In this document: piece by piece, positions 36,011 to 46,451 of the stretch | Layout of the letters: each line of letters begins with the position of its first letter | How positions within the stretch are numbered: position 1 is the first letter of the stretch | Position numbers and translations under genes: made by a program | Notes under the pieces: model-generated | The model's input: the letters and a program-made list of their open reading frames with translations, nothing else | What the model was told of the DNA's origin: nothing | The model's database searches: none | Source: a bacterium | Lineage (GTDB): Bacteria; AUK180 | Length of the DNA stretch: 64,000 nt | Reading direction: 5' to 3' | NCBI GenBank assembly: GCA_023133295.1 | Contig: JAGLWT010000037.1 | Location: 8,638 to 72,637, forward strand

Positions 36011-38113
36011 CTAGTCTTTATTTTTTTTAAGAATCCTTTTCAAGAAACCAAGCTGTTCTTTGCAATTCCTTCCCAAAACGAAATTTACTATTATGATCCA
36101 CGAACTAGTTACGACAACAAAGAATGGCCAAAAATTACATACTTTTTGTATAATATTCTCTCCTCCGGCAAATAAATATGAAAGAAAAACCAGTACAATG
36201 TATAACAAAACTAATATAGTTATCCACATTATAAACTTTTCCTTACAATCCCTCTTCTTTTCTTTTTCCCTTTCACTTTTATCAATCTCCCTATCTTCTT
36301 CAATGCCGAAGAGCTTATTTTTTAATTTTTCTATTTGCTCATTCAAGGCTTTATTAGTGCTTGTCGTTTCTTTCAAGGTTTCATCCTTTTGGTCTATTTG
36401 ATCAATATAATTCTTGTTCTCTTCCTCTACTGATTGAACTTTTTCTTCAAGTATATATTTTTTCTCAGACAATTCTAGAACTTGTTCCTCCAACTCCTCT
36501 TCTCGTTTAGCTTCTAATTTTGCAAAAACATTTCTTAGCTTAGAAATATTGTCTGGGTTATGAATATCATATCCATGATTGAACTTAATATCATCAAGAA
36601 AATCTTCTATTTGTTCTTCTGACAATTTATCCGCATTTACTCCTATTTTTTCAAATATTTTGAAGTCCTCCAGCTCAAATATTTTTTCATTTGGCAAAAA
36701 TCTTTTCCGGATCATATCAGAAAATATCTCTTCAACTTCTCCCTTCTTACTCTTCTTCATATACGGAGAAAACCATTGTAGCAAAGTGTCCAGAGATAAG
36801 GCAATAGACTTAACATCCTTAGCACTATATAGAATTCCTGGAAGCGAGTGATCAAGTGTTAATACCCATGTTTTTTCTTTGCCTGTTTCTCTTACCTTAT
36901 CAACCCATTTCAGCATAAGAGAATCATGCAATGCACTTGTACTACTTTTCTCCCTAATACTTAAAACACTATACTTCTTTTGAAGCACCTCAGCTAATCT
37001 TGTAATATCTTTAGCTATTTTATTATCATTAAACCAGCTATTGTTTATTTTATTATCATAATCTATTAAGCTAGCAACATCCAAATATCTCTCGCAAAAC
37101 TTTTTAATATTTCCACTATTCTTTCTTTTCCAATCTAAATACTCCAAGTAAATCTCATCATCAATTTTATGGGACATGTCAGCAATTGTTTTTTGCATGT
37201 CAGAGCTCATGTCTGAGTAGATATTTTGAAACTGTTGCATTTTGCCATCTAAGAGCCGTTGTAATTCTTTAATAGATATTTCCAAAACAGTAAATTTCAC
37301 ATTGAGGGATTTAACTGAGTCAGTGAAAAATTCAAAACTTAAATGATTACGAGAATGCATAAATATTTGATTATAAATAATATTTGTATCTAAAATGAAC
37401 TCTGCGTCTTTAAAAATATCAACATTTAACGCATGTCCATTTGGATCTAAACCCAAAACCTTAGTAATATAGTAGTTTTGCGTAACTGTCCACTTTATAT
37501 AATCATATTCCGGATCTGTCACCGAAATAAATGTTGACAAACCTTTCTTAAGAATTTTCTCATTCAAATGGTTATATTTAGCGATAACATTATTAACACA
37601 AGTCTTATAATGATGGCTAGTAACAAAGTCTTTTTTCCCATCTTTTCCAGTAATGGATGCTACGTATTCTCCAGCAATTCTTGAGAAAAAATGTCCAAGA
37701 AAATCAAAAAAAGCGTCCTTATACTTTCCTGGGTGGGATGCTAAATCAAACAGTTTATTTATGATTTTCTCATATTTATAATTATGTTCTTTGTTGGTTC
37801 TGTCAATTTCATCATACCCCTTTCTTAATAGTTTAATGTTTTTACGATCAACACTTTCGATGTATCCACAATTGATTAATGATTGAAACAATCTTTTCAC
37901 TTCCTTTATTGTTAGATGTACCTGGAAATATTCTCTGACTTTTTTTTGTATTTCGTTGATTGTGAATTCTCTTTCTAAAGAAGTTTTTTCGAAATAGATT
38001 GCCTGCATTATGAACCTTTCTAAAGCATAGTCTTTCAAAGCAATAGTGGTAGGCGATAATTTAACTAAATGTGCCAACAATATTTCTCTTTTCAAATTCG
38101 AATCCGAATTCAC
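36011..38113 (-). CDS. wHTH / PIN-like / coiled-coil / C-terminal 2-TM protein, function unknown
   Basis: 700-aa ORF. AEFILDTNIIYNQIF is a PIN-type N-terminal acidic motif. It also has a long E/K coiled coil and two terminal hydrophobic helices (FIMWITILVLLYIVLVFLSYLF; FWPFFVVVTSSWIIIVNFVLG). Confidence 0.5.
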   Translation of the reverse strand: MNSDSNLKREILLAHLVKLSPTTIALKDYALERFIMQAIYFEKTSLEREFTINEIQKKVREYFQVHLTIKEVKRLFQSLINCGYIESVDRKNIKLLRKGYDEIDRTNKEHNYKYEKIINKLFDLASHPGKYKDAFFDFLGHFFSRIAGEYVASITGKDGKKDFVTSHHYKTCVNNVIAKYNHLNEKILKKGLSTFISVTDPEYDYIKWTVTQNYYITKVLGLDPNGHALNVDIFKDAEFILDTNIIYNQIFMHSRNHLSFEFFTDSVKSLNVKFTVLEISIKELQRLLDGKMQQFQNIYSDMSSDMQKTIADMSHKIDDEIYLEYLDWKRKNSGNIKKFCERYLDVASLIDYDNKINNSWFNDNKIAKDITRLAEVLQKKYSVLSIREKSSTSALHDSLMLKWVDKVRETGKEKTWVLTLDHSLPGILYSAKDVKSIALSLDTLLQWFSPYMKKSKKGEVEEIFSDMIRKRFLPNEKIFELEDFKIFEKIGVNADKLSEEQIEDFLDDIKFNHGYDIHNPDNISKLRNVFAKLEAKREEELEEQVLELSEKKYILEEKVQSVEEENKNYIDQIDQKDETLKETTSTNKALNEQIEKLKNKLFGIEEDREIDKSEREKEKKRDCKEKFIMWITILVLLYIVLVFLSYLFAGGENIIQKVCNFWPFFVVVTSSWIIIVNFVLGRNCKEQLGFLKRILKKNKD

Positions 38114-38184
38114 TTGCTCCTCCTAATACATATTTTGTCTATTGTGAAAGTCAACATAGTTTCACTGCTATCAATATTTTCATA

Positions 38185-39645
38185 TTAAGTTTCTAGCTTT
38201 TTCGTGATTTCTCTGATGCTTTCAAGAGCCGATTCGAGGGAAACGGCGATTTCGGCAGCTAAGATATCTGGATCGGGAAGATTATCAAGATCCATTAAAC
38301 TTTTATCTTTGAGCCAGAAAATGTCAAGGGATGTTTTATCTCGTTCCATGATCTCATCATAAGTGAATTTTTTAAAGCGCTCTGTTTCCTTTCTATCGTG
38401 CCTATTTACGGGATTGTAACAGTCAATAAAATCCTGCAAGTCAGCAAGTCGCATCGGGCTCTTTTTAAGAGTAAAATGGATATTAGTCCTAAAATCATAA
38501 ATCCATACTTCTTTAGTCCATGGCTTTTTACTCGCGGGATGATTATCAAAGAAGATCACATTTGCTTTAACTCCCTGTTTGTAGAATATTCCTGTCGGAA
38601 GTCGAAGTATTGTATGAAGGTCAGTAGTTTCCAGAAGTTTCTTCCTTACTATCTCTGCAGCTTTGCCCTCAAATAAAACATTATCGGGAACAACAACAGC
38701 AGCTTTGCCATCTGTTTTCAAAATTGCCCTTATATGCTGAACAAAATTCAGCTGCTTATTGGATGTAGTAGTCCAGAAATCTTGCCGATTATACACGAGA
38801 TCTTCCTTTTCCTGTTTACCTTCTTCGTTGGTAAACGTCATACTGCTTTTCTTTCCAAATGGCGGGTTGGTCAGCACATAGTCGAAGCGGTCTCCAGGGT
38901 CAGCAATAAGTGAATCGTTCCTTGTAACAGGAGGATCAGCATCCATACTACCTATATTATGCAGAAATAGATTCATCAAACATAGGCGATAGGTGTTTGC
39001 CACAAGCTCACAACCTCTAAAAGTACTGAGTTTCAGAAATTTTTTCTGTTCCTGATCAAGACTATAGTTATCAGTATTAGATAGGTATTCATATGCAGCT
39101 AAAAAGAACCCACCTGTCCCGCAAGCTGGGTCTGATATAGTTTTATTGGGCTCGGGCTTTACACACTCTACCATGGCTTTTATTAATGCTCTGGGAGTGA
39201 AGTACTGCCCGGCTCCACTTTTTACATCTTCAGCATTCTTCTCAAGCAATCCTTCATAAATAGTTCCTTTTACATCAGTACCCATCATAGCCCAGTTTTC
39301 AGAATCTATCATCTTGACTATTCGAAACAATTTAGCAGGGTCTTGAATCTGATTCTGAGCCTTTACAAATATCTGACCTATCAATCCCTTCTCCTTTCCA
39401 AGAGTTTGAAGCAATTTCACATAATGTGTTTCCAGTTCTGCGCCTTTTCTATCGGTAAGGGACTCCCAGTTATAGTCTTCTGGTATATTGAGTTTCCTGT
39501 TATATGGAGGCTTTGAATATTCATTCGCCATTTTCAAAAAGATGAGATATGTCAATTGTTCCAGATAATCTCCGTAACCCACTCCATCATCACGAAGGGT
39601 TGTGCTGAAGCTCCACACTTTCGATATTATCGTTTCTGTATTCAT
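38185..39645 (-). CDS. hsdM: Type I restriction-modification system, methyltransferase subunit
   Basis: 486-aa ORF with DPACGTGGFF (SAM binding) and the NPPFG catalytic motif. It overlaps hsdS by 4 nt. Confidence 0.9.
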   Translation of the reverse strand: MNTETIISKVWSFSTTLRDDGVGYGDYLEQLTYLIFLKMANEYSKPPYNRKLNIPEDYNWESLTDRKGAELETHYVKLLQTLGKEKGLIGQIFVKAQNQIQDPAKLFRIVKMIDSENWAMMGTDVKGTIYEGLLEKNAEDVKSGAGQYFTPRALIKAMVECVKPEPNKTISDPACGTGGFFLAAYEYLSNTDNYSLDQEQKKFLKLSTFRGCELVANTYRLCLMNLFLHNIGSMDADPPVTRNDSLIADPGDRFDYVLTNPPFGKKSSMTFTNEEGKQEKEDLVYNRQDFWTTTSNKQLNFVQHIRAILKTDGKAAVVVPDNVLFEGKAAEIVRKKLLETTDLHTILRLPTGIFYKQGVKANVIFFDNHPASKKPWTKEVWIYDFRTNIHFTLKKSPMRLADLQDFIDCYNPVNRHDRKETERFKKFTYDEIMERDKTSLDIFWLKDKSLMDLDNLPDPDILAAEIAVSLESALESIREITKKLET

Positions 39646-40970
39646 TTTTTCCTCTTTTTACTACTTACAGCAAGTTTTTCTTTCTTAATCCTCTCAAGAA
39701 GTTTTTCTGCTGATTCATCATTCGGATCTTGTGGAACGAGCTTTCCTTCAAATGCCTGTTTTAAAATACTCTGCCGAAGATATTCAATCTTTTTCAAACT
39801 CTGCCTGACTGTTTCTTCCAGTTTATCGCACACCGAAAGACGAGATTCTATTTCTCCAATAATTAGTATCTGTTTATTAATACTTTTCGGAATATAAATA
39901 TACAGATTTTTAATAATTCTTAAGTTGAGGTTGGGCTGCACCCCACCTGATGCTTTCTGACGCATTTGTTCATATTCTTTCTTCAAATAGTACTTTAAAT
40001 ACTCTTTAACTACTTTCGATGCCTTTTGAAAAGTAATTACAGCACATGCCTGATTCGTAGCTGCATCTATTCCTAATTCAGAAGTTTTTCCTCTGGTTTT
40101 TCCTTCGCCATATAAGGCAATAAGCAAACTACCTTTAACAAATATTTTACAATTTGTTTCTTTTATGGCAGCGGTTGTAATTTTTTCTTTAGATGTCATT
40201 ACTAATTCATCATTAACACAGGAACTAGTAACCCAAGGGATAGTCCCGTTCTCATAGTATTTCCTAACTCCCCTCTTAGGAGTAGAGCCCGTCCCTACAT
40301 CTGCAAAATCCTTGATTTGGCAAGTAAACATTTCCCTTTCACTAATTGTTATTAATTTCCCCTCAAAAGCAGCCTTAAGAACTGATGAGCGATAGATTAC
40401 TAACTGTTCTTGAGTTTTCTTTAAAACTCCAACGGCCTTATCTAAAGATGAAAACAATTCTTCAATTTTTTCTACAATTCGTGTTTGTTCATTAAATGGG
40501 CATAATGGAAAAGGGAAATTTCTCGTTTCAGCTAAAGGTAGTGTTTTCCTTCCTGTACCATTTGCTTTATTGTAAGAAAGTAAAAATATGTCTAAAGTAT
40601 TCATATAGCTTTCCAGATACTTCGAATTGATATATTTTCTAATAGGTTTCAGCAGTCCTAATCCTACAAAAATTGATACTTCTTCTTCAAAATCTATTCT
40701 TTTTGCAAACCCCAATGTGCCAATTCGTGGAAATAATATATCATCAATTTCTGGATTACATCTTCTGATAAGTTTTTTATGCTCTTCAATTGATATATAC
40801 TTCTCATATACTTTCCAATTTATTCGGGCAAAGGGTCTAATATTTTTTATTGAAATAAACCGAATTCCATTCTCTTTATAATTGGGTGTTTTATGTGTAC
40901 CATCTGTTATTTTAGAGCACACTTCATTTAATTTAACCTCTACCCATTCTTTTGGAATTGATAAACTCAT
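39642..40970 (-). CDS. hsdS: Type I restriction-modification system, specificity subunit
   Basis: 442-aa ORF with two target-recognition halves separated by conserved coiled-coil spacers (...EEQTRIVEKIEELFSSLD... / ...LIIGEIESRLSVCDKLEE...). Confidence 0.85.
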   Translation of the reverse strand: MSLSIPKEWVEVKLNEVCSKITDGTHKTPNYKENGIRFISIKNIRPFARINWKVYEKYISIEEHKKLIRRCNPEIDDILFPRIGTLGFAKRIDFEEEVSIFVGLGLLKPIRKYINSKYLESYMNTLDIFLLSYNKANGTGRKTLPLAETRNFPFPLCPFNEQTRIVEKIEELFSSLDKAVGVLKKTQEQLVIYRSSVLKAAFEGKLITISEREMFTCQIKDFADVGTGSTPKRGVRKYYENGTIPWVTSSCVNDELVMTSKEKITTAAIKETNCKIFVKGSLLIALYGEGKTRGKTSELGIDAATNQACAVITFQKASKVVKEYLKYYLKKEYEQMRQKASGGVQPNLNLRIIKNLYIYIPKSINKQILIIGEIESRLSVCDKLEETVRQSLKKIEYLRQSILKQAFEGKLVPQDPNDESAEKLLERIKKEKLAVSSKKRKK

Positions 40971-40971
40971 T

Positions 40972-43725
40972 CTATGCTACCAGCACCTCATTCAATTCTT
41001 CAATAAGATATCCGTAGTTCTGTCCAAATACTTGGAAGAATTTCCCTAATCCACCTAAAGCATCAAATGGAGTATAATCAAAATTTTCCGGGGTAATTCT
41101 CATTGAAGTTATCACATGGTCTTTAATCATTCTCAGCCATTCCATCTGTTCCTCTGTAAATTGGACATTTCCTGCATTTTTCTTAAATACCCACTCCTTG
41201 AAATTCCTATTGACAACATCTGAAAATGGAGTTATTTTATTATCTCTATTTAACTCGTACTTGATAAGTGATACGATATCCGTAAGCATGCGTTTCGTGC
41301 CAATTCCCTTCACCTTCTTATTATCTAATTGATAGTACGCACTCCATAACTTCTCAACTGTTAGCGAATAGGGGGTCGAATTCAATACTTCATACAGTTC
41401 TTTTATCATCTTGAAAGTGATCTCTCTTAGCCTTCGAGGCTGAGTGTAAAATATTTTCAGAACTGCAATCTCATCTTTATTTTGACTCAGGAATTCCTTG
41501 AATGTCTTCACTGTTTCCTCTGCCTGATCCTGGGACTGAGTATCCCAACCTGCATTAATAACTGTATCGATATTTACGGTATCAATTATTTGTTCATGAT
41601 TTCTTCTTACATTTTCTATGTAATCTCTTAAATCCGGTTTATCAAATATCTTACAGGCAGTGTCTTGTATTTCTTTTTTGGTTGTTTCTATTTGTTCGTC
41701 ACTAATTTTTTCTGTTCCATATTTCTCTTTGGTCTTTTCACTAATAAAATCCAGGTCATTAGAGTTGAGCAAGTCTTTTACAATTTGTGAAATAGATTTA
41801 CCGGAAGACAGAGAAACAAACTTCTCCTTTTCATTTGGCGATACTGCCCTATCTATTCGGGTAAGACGACTTGCAGTAGATATTAGTACATCTTCATCCC
41901 TGTTGCCCATAGCAATATTCATCATTAGATCCTTTAGGGAAATAGTTGGCTTTCGTTCAAGTGATCTACTATCTGTTTTTAGTGACTTACTCACTCCTAC
42001 TGCGTCTACTATTACGAAATGTGTTTTATTACCAGTCGCAGATGGAGAAACCTGCTTTAGATCTTCTTTTGAAAGCGTCCTTGTTCCTCGACCTTTCATT
42101 TGCTCAAAATAGTTTTTTGATCTGACATCACGCATAAAAAACACACATTCAATCGGTTTAACATCTGTTCCGGTAGCAATCATATCAACAGTCACCGCGA
42201 TTCTGGGATTATAGTCATTCCTAAAAGATGAAAGAATTGATTTTGGATCTTCTTCTGATTTATAGGTTACCTTTTTACAGAAATCATTGCCTTGAGCAAA
42301 TTCTTCTCTTACAATCTGAATAATGTCATCAGCATGACTATCGGATTTAGCAAATATAAGGGTTTTGGGAACTTCTTTTCTATTAGGGAATATTTCCGTT
42401 AGAAGTTTTTCTTTGAATGCTTTTATAATATTTCTGATCTGACTTGGATTTACTACATCTTTATCAAGTTGAGTCGGTGAATATTCAATTTCTTCATCAA
42501 GCTGTTCCCAACGCTGCTCCCTTGTCAGTTTATCTCTAACATCAATAAATTCCTTTGCCTCGATAACAGAACCTTGCTTGGTAATTTCTGTTTCAATAAC
42601 ATAGGTATCAAATCCCACATTAACACCATCTGCTACCGCTTGTTCGTGCGAATATTCACTTACAATATTTTCGTGGAAAAATGCAAATGTTCTTGTATCA
42701 GGCGTTGCAGTAAGTCCGATAAGAAAAGCATCAAAGTATTCTATTACTTGTCTCCATAAATTATAAATCGAGCGATGACATTCATCTATCACGATAAAAT
42801 CGAAAAATTCCGGAGGATATTTTTCATTATATACTACTTCTTTAAACTTCCCGACTACTTTCTGCTCATTTAGAGATGTCTCCTCAAGGCTTTCATCAAG
42901 GTCTTCACCTTTCAGTATTGAAAACATCCGCTGAATCGTACTTATGCAAACCTGACTATCTTCCGAAATATAACTAGAAGAAAGTCTCTGAACATTATAC
43001 AACTCAGGGAAATTTCTCGGATCGTCTTTAGGTGAATATCCTATAAACTCCTGCTCTGCTTGCTCTCCCAGATTTTTTGTATCAACAAGAAACAGTACCC
43101 GCTTCGCCTTAGCAAATTTCAGTAATCTATAAACAGAAGTAATAGATGTAAAGGTCTTTCCGCTACCTGTGGCCATCTGCACTAATGCTCTTGGACGAGA
43201 TTCCTTGAAAGATTTTTCAAGTTTAGTAATCGCGTTAATCTGACATTCTCTGAGCCCTTCGTTGTCAAGTTCTGGTATTTGAGTAAGCAAGTTTCTTAAT
43301 GTATCTTCTTGTTTTAGCCAATTTTTTAAAGTCGAGGGCTTCTGAAAAGAAAAGATCAATCTTGATCGAGATATATTATCATTAAAATCCGTGAAGCGTG
43401 TTAATACTCCTGTGCTTTCATACCTGAATCGCAAAGGGTTTTTGTCAATACACCATTTGAGCTTACTTTCTGCATATTTAGAAGTCTGCCCTTCAACAAC
43501 GGTCAGATGGACACCTTCTTCCTTTCTCTTTGCTTCAATGACACCGACAGGAGTTTTATCCACAAATAGAATATAGTCAGCCGGACCGGAATCGGTCGGG
43601 AACTCTCTAACAGCAACACCTAAACCGGCAGATAGATTTACTGAATCTCTGTCCTGAATCAGCCAACCTGTTTCTTCAAGCATCTTATCAATAATTAGGC
43701 GAGCTTTATCTTCTGGACGTATCAT
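40972..43725 (-). CDS. hsdR: Type I restriction enzyme, R (helicase/endonuclease) subunit
   Basis: 917-aa ORF with an N-terminal PD-(D/E)xK region (ADYILFVDKTPVGVIEAKR) and helicase motifs QMATGSGKT, VIDECHRS and LTATP. Confidence 0.9.
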   Translation of the reverse strand: MIRPEDKARLIIDKMLEETGWLIQDRDSVNLSAGLGVAVREFPTDSGPADYILFVDKTPVGVIEAKRKEEGVHLTVVEGQTSKYAESKLKWCIDKNPLRFRYESTGVLTRFTDFNDNISRSRLIFSFQKPSTLKNWLKQEDTLRNLLTQIPELDNEGLRECQINAITKLEKSFKESRPRALVQMATGSGKTFTSITSVYRLLKFAKAKRVLFLVDTKNLGEQAEQEFIGYSPKDDPRNFPELYNVQRLSSSYISEDSQVCISTIQRMFSILKGEDLDESLEETSLNEQKVVGKFKEVVYNEKYPPEFFDFIVIDECHRSIYNLWRQVIEYFDAFLIGLTATPDTRTFAFFHENIVSEYSHEQAVADGVNVGFDTYVIETEITKQGSVIEAKEFIDVRDKLTREQRWEQLDEEIEYSPTQLDKDVVNPSQIRNIIKAFKEKLLTEIFPNRKEVPKTLIFAKSDSHADDIIQIVREEFAQGNDFCKKVTYKSEEDPKSILSSFRNDYNPRIAVTVDMIATGTDVKPIECVFFMRDVRSKNYFEQMKGRGTRTLSKEDLKQVSPSATGNKTHFVIVDAVGVSKSLKTDSRSLERKPTISLKDLMMNIAMGNRDEDVLISTASRLTRIDRAVSPNEKEKFVSLSSGKSISQIVKDLLNSNDLDFISEKTKEKYGTEKISDEQIETTKKEIQDTACKIFDKPDLRDYIENVRRNHEQIIDTVNIDTVINAGWDTQSQDQAEETVKTFKEFLSQNKDEIAVLKIFYTQPRRLREITFKMIKELYEVLNSTPYSLTVEKLWSAYYQLDNKKVKGIGTKRMLTDIVSLIKYELNRDNKITPFSDVVNRNFKEWVFKKNAGNVQFTEEQMEWLRMIKDHVITSMRITPENFDYTPFDALGGLGKFFQVFGQNYGYLIEELNEVLVA

Positions 43726-43795
43726 GCCTCTTCCACGAGTCGATTAATTTTGATCTGTGCTTGCGCTTTTTAGACATCTTTTCCCACCATGTGAA

Positions 43796-43824
43796 ATTAT
43801 ACATCTTTTTGTATTTGCTTTCAA
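43796..43824 (-). promoter_or_regulatory. Promoter (TTGAAA-17-TATAAT) upstream of hsdR
   Basis: -35 is at 43824-43819 and -10 at 43801-43796, 71 nt upstream of the hsdR start. Confidence 0.5.
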
Positions 43825-43870
43825 GAAATAATAATTGTATTAAGGGGACGGTGTTTCACTTCTTTCACTT

Positions 43871-44112
43871 TCAAAAAGAAGGAGTTTTAAAAAAGGCGTA
43901 GCGGAGTCCAATTGTTATCTGCTGATTTTTCCAGACCCAACTGTCAAATTTCAAAATATTTGAAACTCCATAATAATAGTTTCCCTCAATTTGGAATCGG
44001 TCCGTCAGGTCAAATATCAATCCTATTCTGACACCGAAATCAAAACAGTCAATATTCAGTTTATCAAATGTATTATCCCACCAGAGTATGTCGTCTTTAT
44101 AGCCCAAATATA
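43871..44112 (-). pseudogene. Outer-membrane beta-barrel gene, C-terminal remnant (duplicate of the 3' end of 46452-47156)
   Basis: ...DKLNIDCFDFGVRIGLIFDLTDRFQIEGNYYYGVSNILKFDSWVWKNQQITIGLRYAFFKTPSF is near-identical to the C-terminus of the intact paralogue. Homology stops about 44112, where a GGTGGTTGAAAGTGTTGAATA repeat module begins. Confidence 0.65.
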
Positions 44113-44440
44113 GGGTGGTTGAAAGTGTTGAATATAAACAGCACGAATTCACATGTAATTTAACTAATGTTCGAATTTCTTTCTGCGAGCCACCTCTAAT
44201 GCGACATGGGGACGGTCGTTGAATAAGATTGTTCGCAAGTTCACAGGTTCCAGGTTCGCAAGTTGAGAAGGAGGGGACACTATTCGCAGAGTCCTTATTC
44301 CAGTCCTTCTGGAATTTTCCTTTCTCCTCTTTCTCGTATCTCCTCTCTCCTTCGCCTGATATTTTGTCAACCAAAATAGGGACGGAGGTATATTTTGTTG
44401 CATTTTGAGTTTATTTTTAGTATATAGAACAATTACACCA

Positions 44441-45626
44441 TCATTCCCAAGAAGATTTCTTAGTGTTCCACTTCACCCCGATAGTTGATTTCGTTTTAAT
44501 CGAATTAATGAGAGGTTCAAGAAAAAGGACGATTTCCTGCATGACTTCCCTAAAAGTGATATCCCCGGCATTAATATGTGATTTTCTCAAAAACGCTCGC
44601 CACATCTCCTCCCTTTTCTTATCTGCAGAGAATTCCTCCTTGAATATCGGATGGTTTTCAGGTATTGCTGTTTGCCTATTCCCAAAAGTTGCTTTAATTG
44701 CCTTTTTAAGAATGCCGCTTGATAGAGCGCGGTTTTTGGAAATATAATAAACATCATAGAAATCCTTCATCCGGCTATTCGCAATAGATAATCTTACCAT
44801 TGCTTCGAATTTTTCGGAAATAACACTTTCCACAGAATACCCGCTCACCTGAAAAGCCCCTTCAAGCAGGACCGGGAATTCTGTTTTTACCGTGCGAGGT
44901 ATAACCACATCTCCGAATCCGATATCGACCTGCAATCTTTTGCGTGCATTTTCCAAATGCGCATCGATCTTTATACGAATTCATAGGTGTTCTGATTCAT
45001 AAATACGATGACAATGGAATGCTTAGATTTGAGGTAATTCCAACGAACAATGAGTGCAGCGTACCCTTTGTGGTCCGCAAGCGAAGAGAGAGGAAGAAAT
45101 TGACCAAAGATGAGATTCCCTTCGGGCTGAAGCTCTTTTTCTGTCTTCTGCGTTGCTCGTCTCTTACATACCGCTGCGGGTATGCAGCGCTCCTCGCGTC
45201 TTGAATACGTAGCAAAATAGCGTCAGCCATTGTTACAGTCTTTATGAATCAGATCACTAGATACTCCGCATCAGACATTAAATTCTCTACTGTAATAGAG
45301 GAAGAAATAAACTCAACTCCATCATTCACATGATAGTCAGCTATTTGCTGAAATATTTCTTTGATCCTACCGAGATCATTGGGTATTTTCTTTGCCAGAA
45401 AATCGATATCTTTAGTCGAACGGCTCCTTGGCATATTTAGACATATCAGGAAAAGACCTCCTTTCAGTATGAAATTATCAGAGTACTCCGAGTTGAAAAT
45501 ACGATAAAGAAGCCTTTCCTGAAAATAGCGCAAGAGAAGTGTGTCAAAGTCCACTGATAACGACAATGCGGTATTCATAAGTTTTGCTCTGACCGACGCC
45601 GCTTTATTCTTGATTTCTCTTTCCAT
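44441..45626 (-). pseudogene. AbiEii-type nucleotidyltransferase toxin (DUF1814), interrupted by MITE copy 2
   Basis: The N-half (45626-45259) and C-half (44985-44441) each align with the intact paralogue 49030-49944, for example IRIKIDAHLENARKRLQVDIGFGD versus IRVKLKAKLGNSIISTQLDIGFGD. About 273 bp of MITE lies between them. Confidence 0.8.
44986..45258 (-). mobile_element. MITE-like element, copy 2 (~273 bp)
   Basis: The minus strand aligns end-to-end with 337-608. The terminal inverted repeats are AGTGATCTGATTCATAAA / TTTATGAATCAGAACACC. Boundaries are good to about 5 bp. Confidence 0.75.
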
Positions 45627-45641
45627 ATATTATTCCCTCGT

Positions 45642-46253
45642 TCAAACTATTATTTCAAGCCACTTTCTGAGGAGAGATCCAATCCTACATATCTCAGCAC
45701 ATCTCATAAGCTCTTCCAGATCTCTATCCCTCGTTTTCAGATACGCAGTCAGCCCTTCTTTTGCCATATCGAGTCCCAGCTTATTCCGGTATCGGATACA
45801 GTCGCAAACTGTTTTCTCAGGAGAGTAAATACGGATCTTTTGCTTATTTATTAGAACCACATCAATACATTCTTCGAACTGATGCAGGGAGAATAGATAA
45901 AACTCGACAGGTGGGTATTTGATCATCGGTTTCCAAGACTCGCGATAGATCGCAACCGAGATCACTTCAGGAGTGTAAGTAGTCAGGTCATAATATGAGA
46001 GCGCAGAAAGAAGGCAAATAACACCTTCAGGCACCGCACGGGCGATATCTATAAAACTGCGATTAGATACAGCGGGAGAATCAGAAAGCCTGTAAAGGCC
46101 ATTTTTAACCTTAATTATAATTCCATCATCCAGCATTGAACGGATTTCCCTCTGATGCATTCCTTGAGCAAGTATATCATTTGTTATAGCATAACCATTA
46201 TTAGCTTTAAACAGTTTTATTATCTTTTTTCTCTTCTTATCCATTTCCTTCAC
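45642..46253 (-). CDS. AbiEi-type antitoxin/transcriptional regulator
   Basis: 203-aa ORF with NGYAITNDILAQGMHQREIRSMLDDGIIIKVKNGLYRL. It is collinear with 48437-49033. Confidence 0.8.
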   Translation of the reverse strand: MKEMDKKRKKIIKLFKANNGYAITNDILAQGMHQREIRSMLDDGIIIKVKNGLYRLSDSPAVSNRSFIDIARAVPEGVICLLSALSYYDLTTYTPEVISVAIYRESWKPMIKYPPVEFYLFSLHQFEECIDVVLINKQKIRIYSPEKTVCDCIRYRNKLGLDMAKEGLTAYLKTRDRDLEELMRCAEICRIGSLLRKWLEIIV

Positions 46254-46330
46254 CCTTTGGTTTTTATCCTCGGCACATTATAACATATGATGAGGAATTA
46301 ATCCACTCCTTTCTCAAAGAAGAGCTTGAT

Positions 46331-46359
46331 TTGAAAAACGAGCATAAATCAAGTAAAAT
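46331..46359 (+). promoter_or_regulatory. Orphan promoter plus leader fragment (TTGAAA-17-TAAAAT), duplicate of 61564-61592
   Basis: 46325-46415 aligns with 61558-61648, including the hairpin CCGGTTTC-gagt-GAAACCGG. Here it points into the 3' end of a minus-strand gene. Confidence 0.45.
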
Positions 46360-46451
46360 GATATGAGAGGCCGGTTTCGAGTGAAACCGGAGATAGATTT
46401 TGATTTGCCGGCAAAATGTATTATGGGGACGGTGTTTCACTCCTTTCACTT

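Noticed and set aside
43871-44374. The full 167-aa ORF as a gene.
   Set aside because: Only the C-terminal ~80 residues are homologous to the beta-barrel paralogue. The N-terminal part is read-through of repeat modules B and F (the same DNA as 53475-53640 and 50285-50400).
44981-44983. An in-frame TGA at the AbiEii/MITE junction, at the position aligning with a Gly in the paralogue, as evidence for TGA-to-Gly recoding (genetic code 25) or TGA-to-Trp (code 4).
   Set aside because: TGA works as an ordinary stop elsewhere (for example at 8101-8103). ORFs of 900-1100 codons are uninterrupted under the standard code. Post-insertion decay or an imprecise junction is the simpler explanation.
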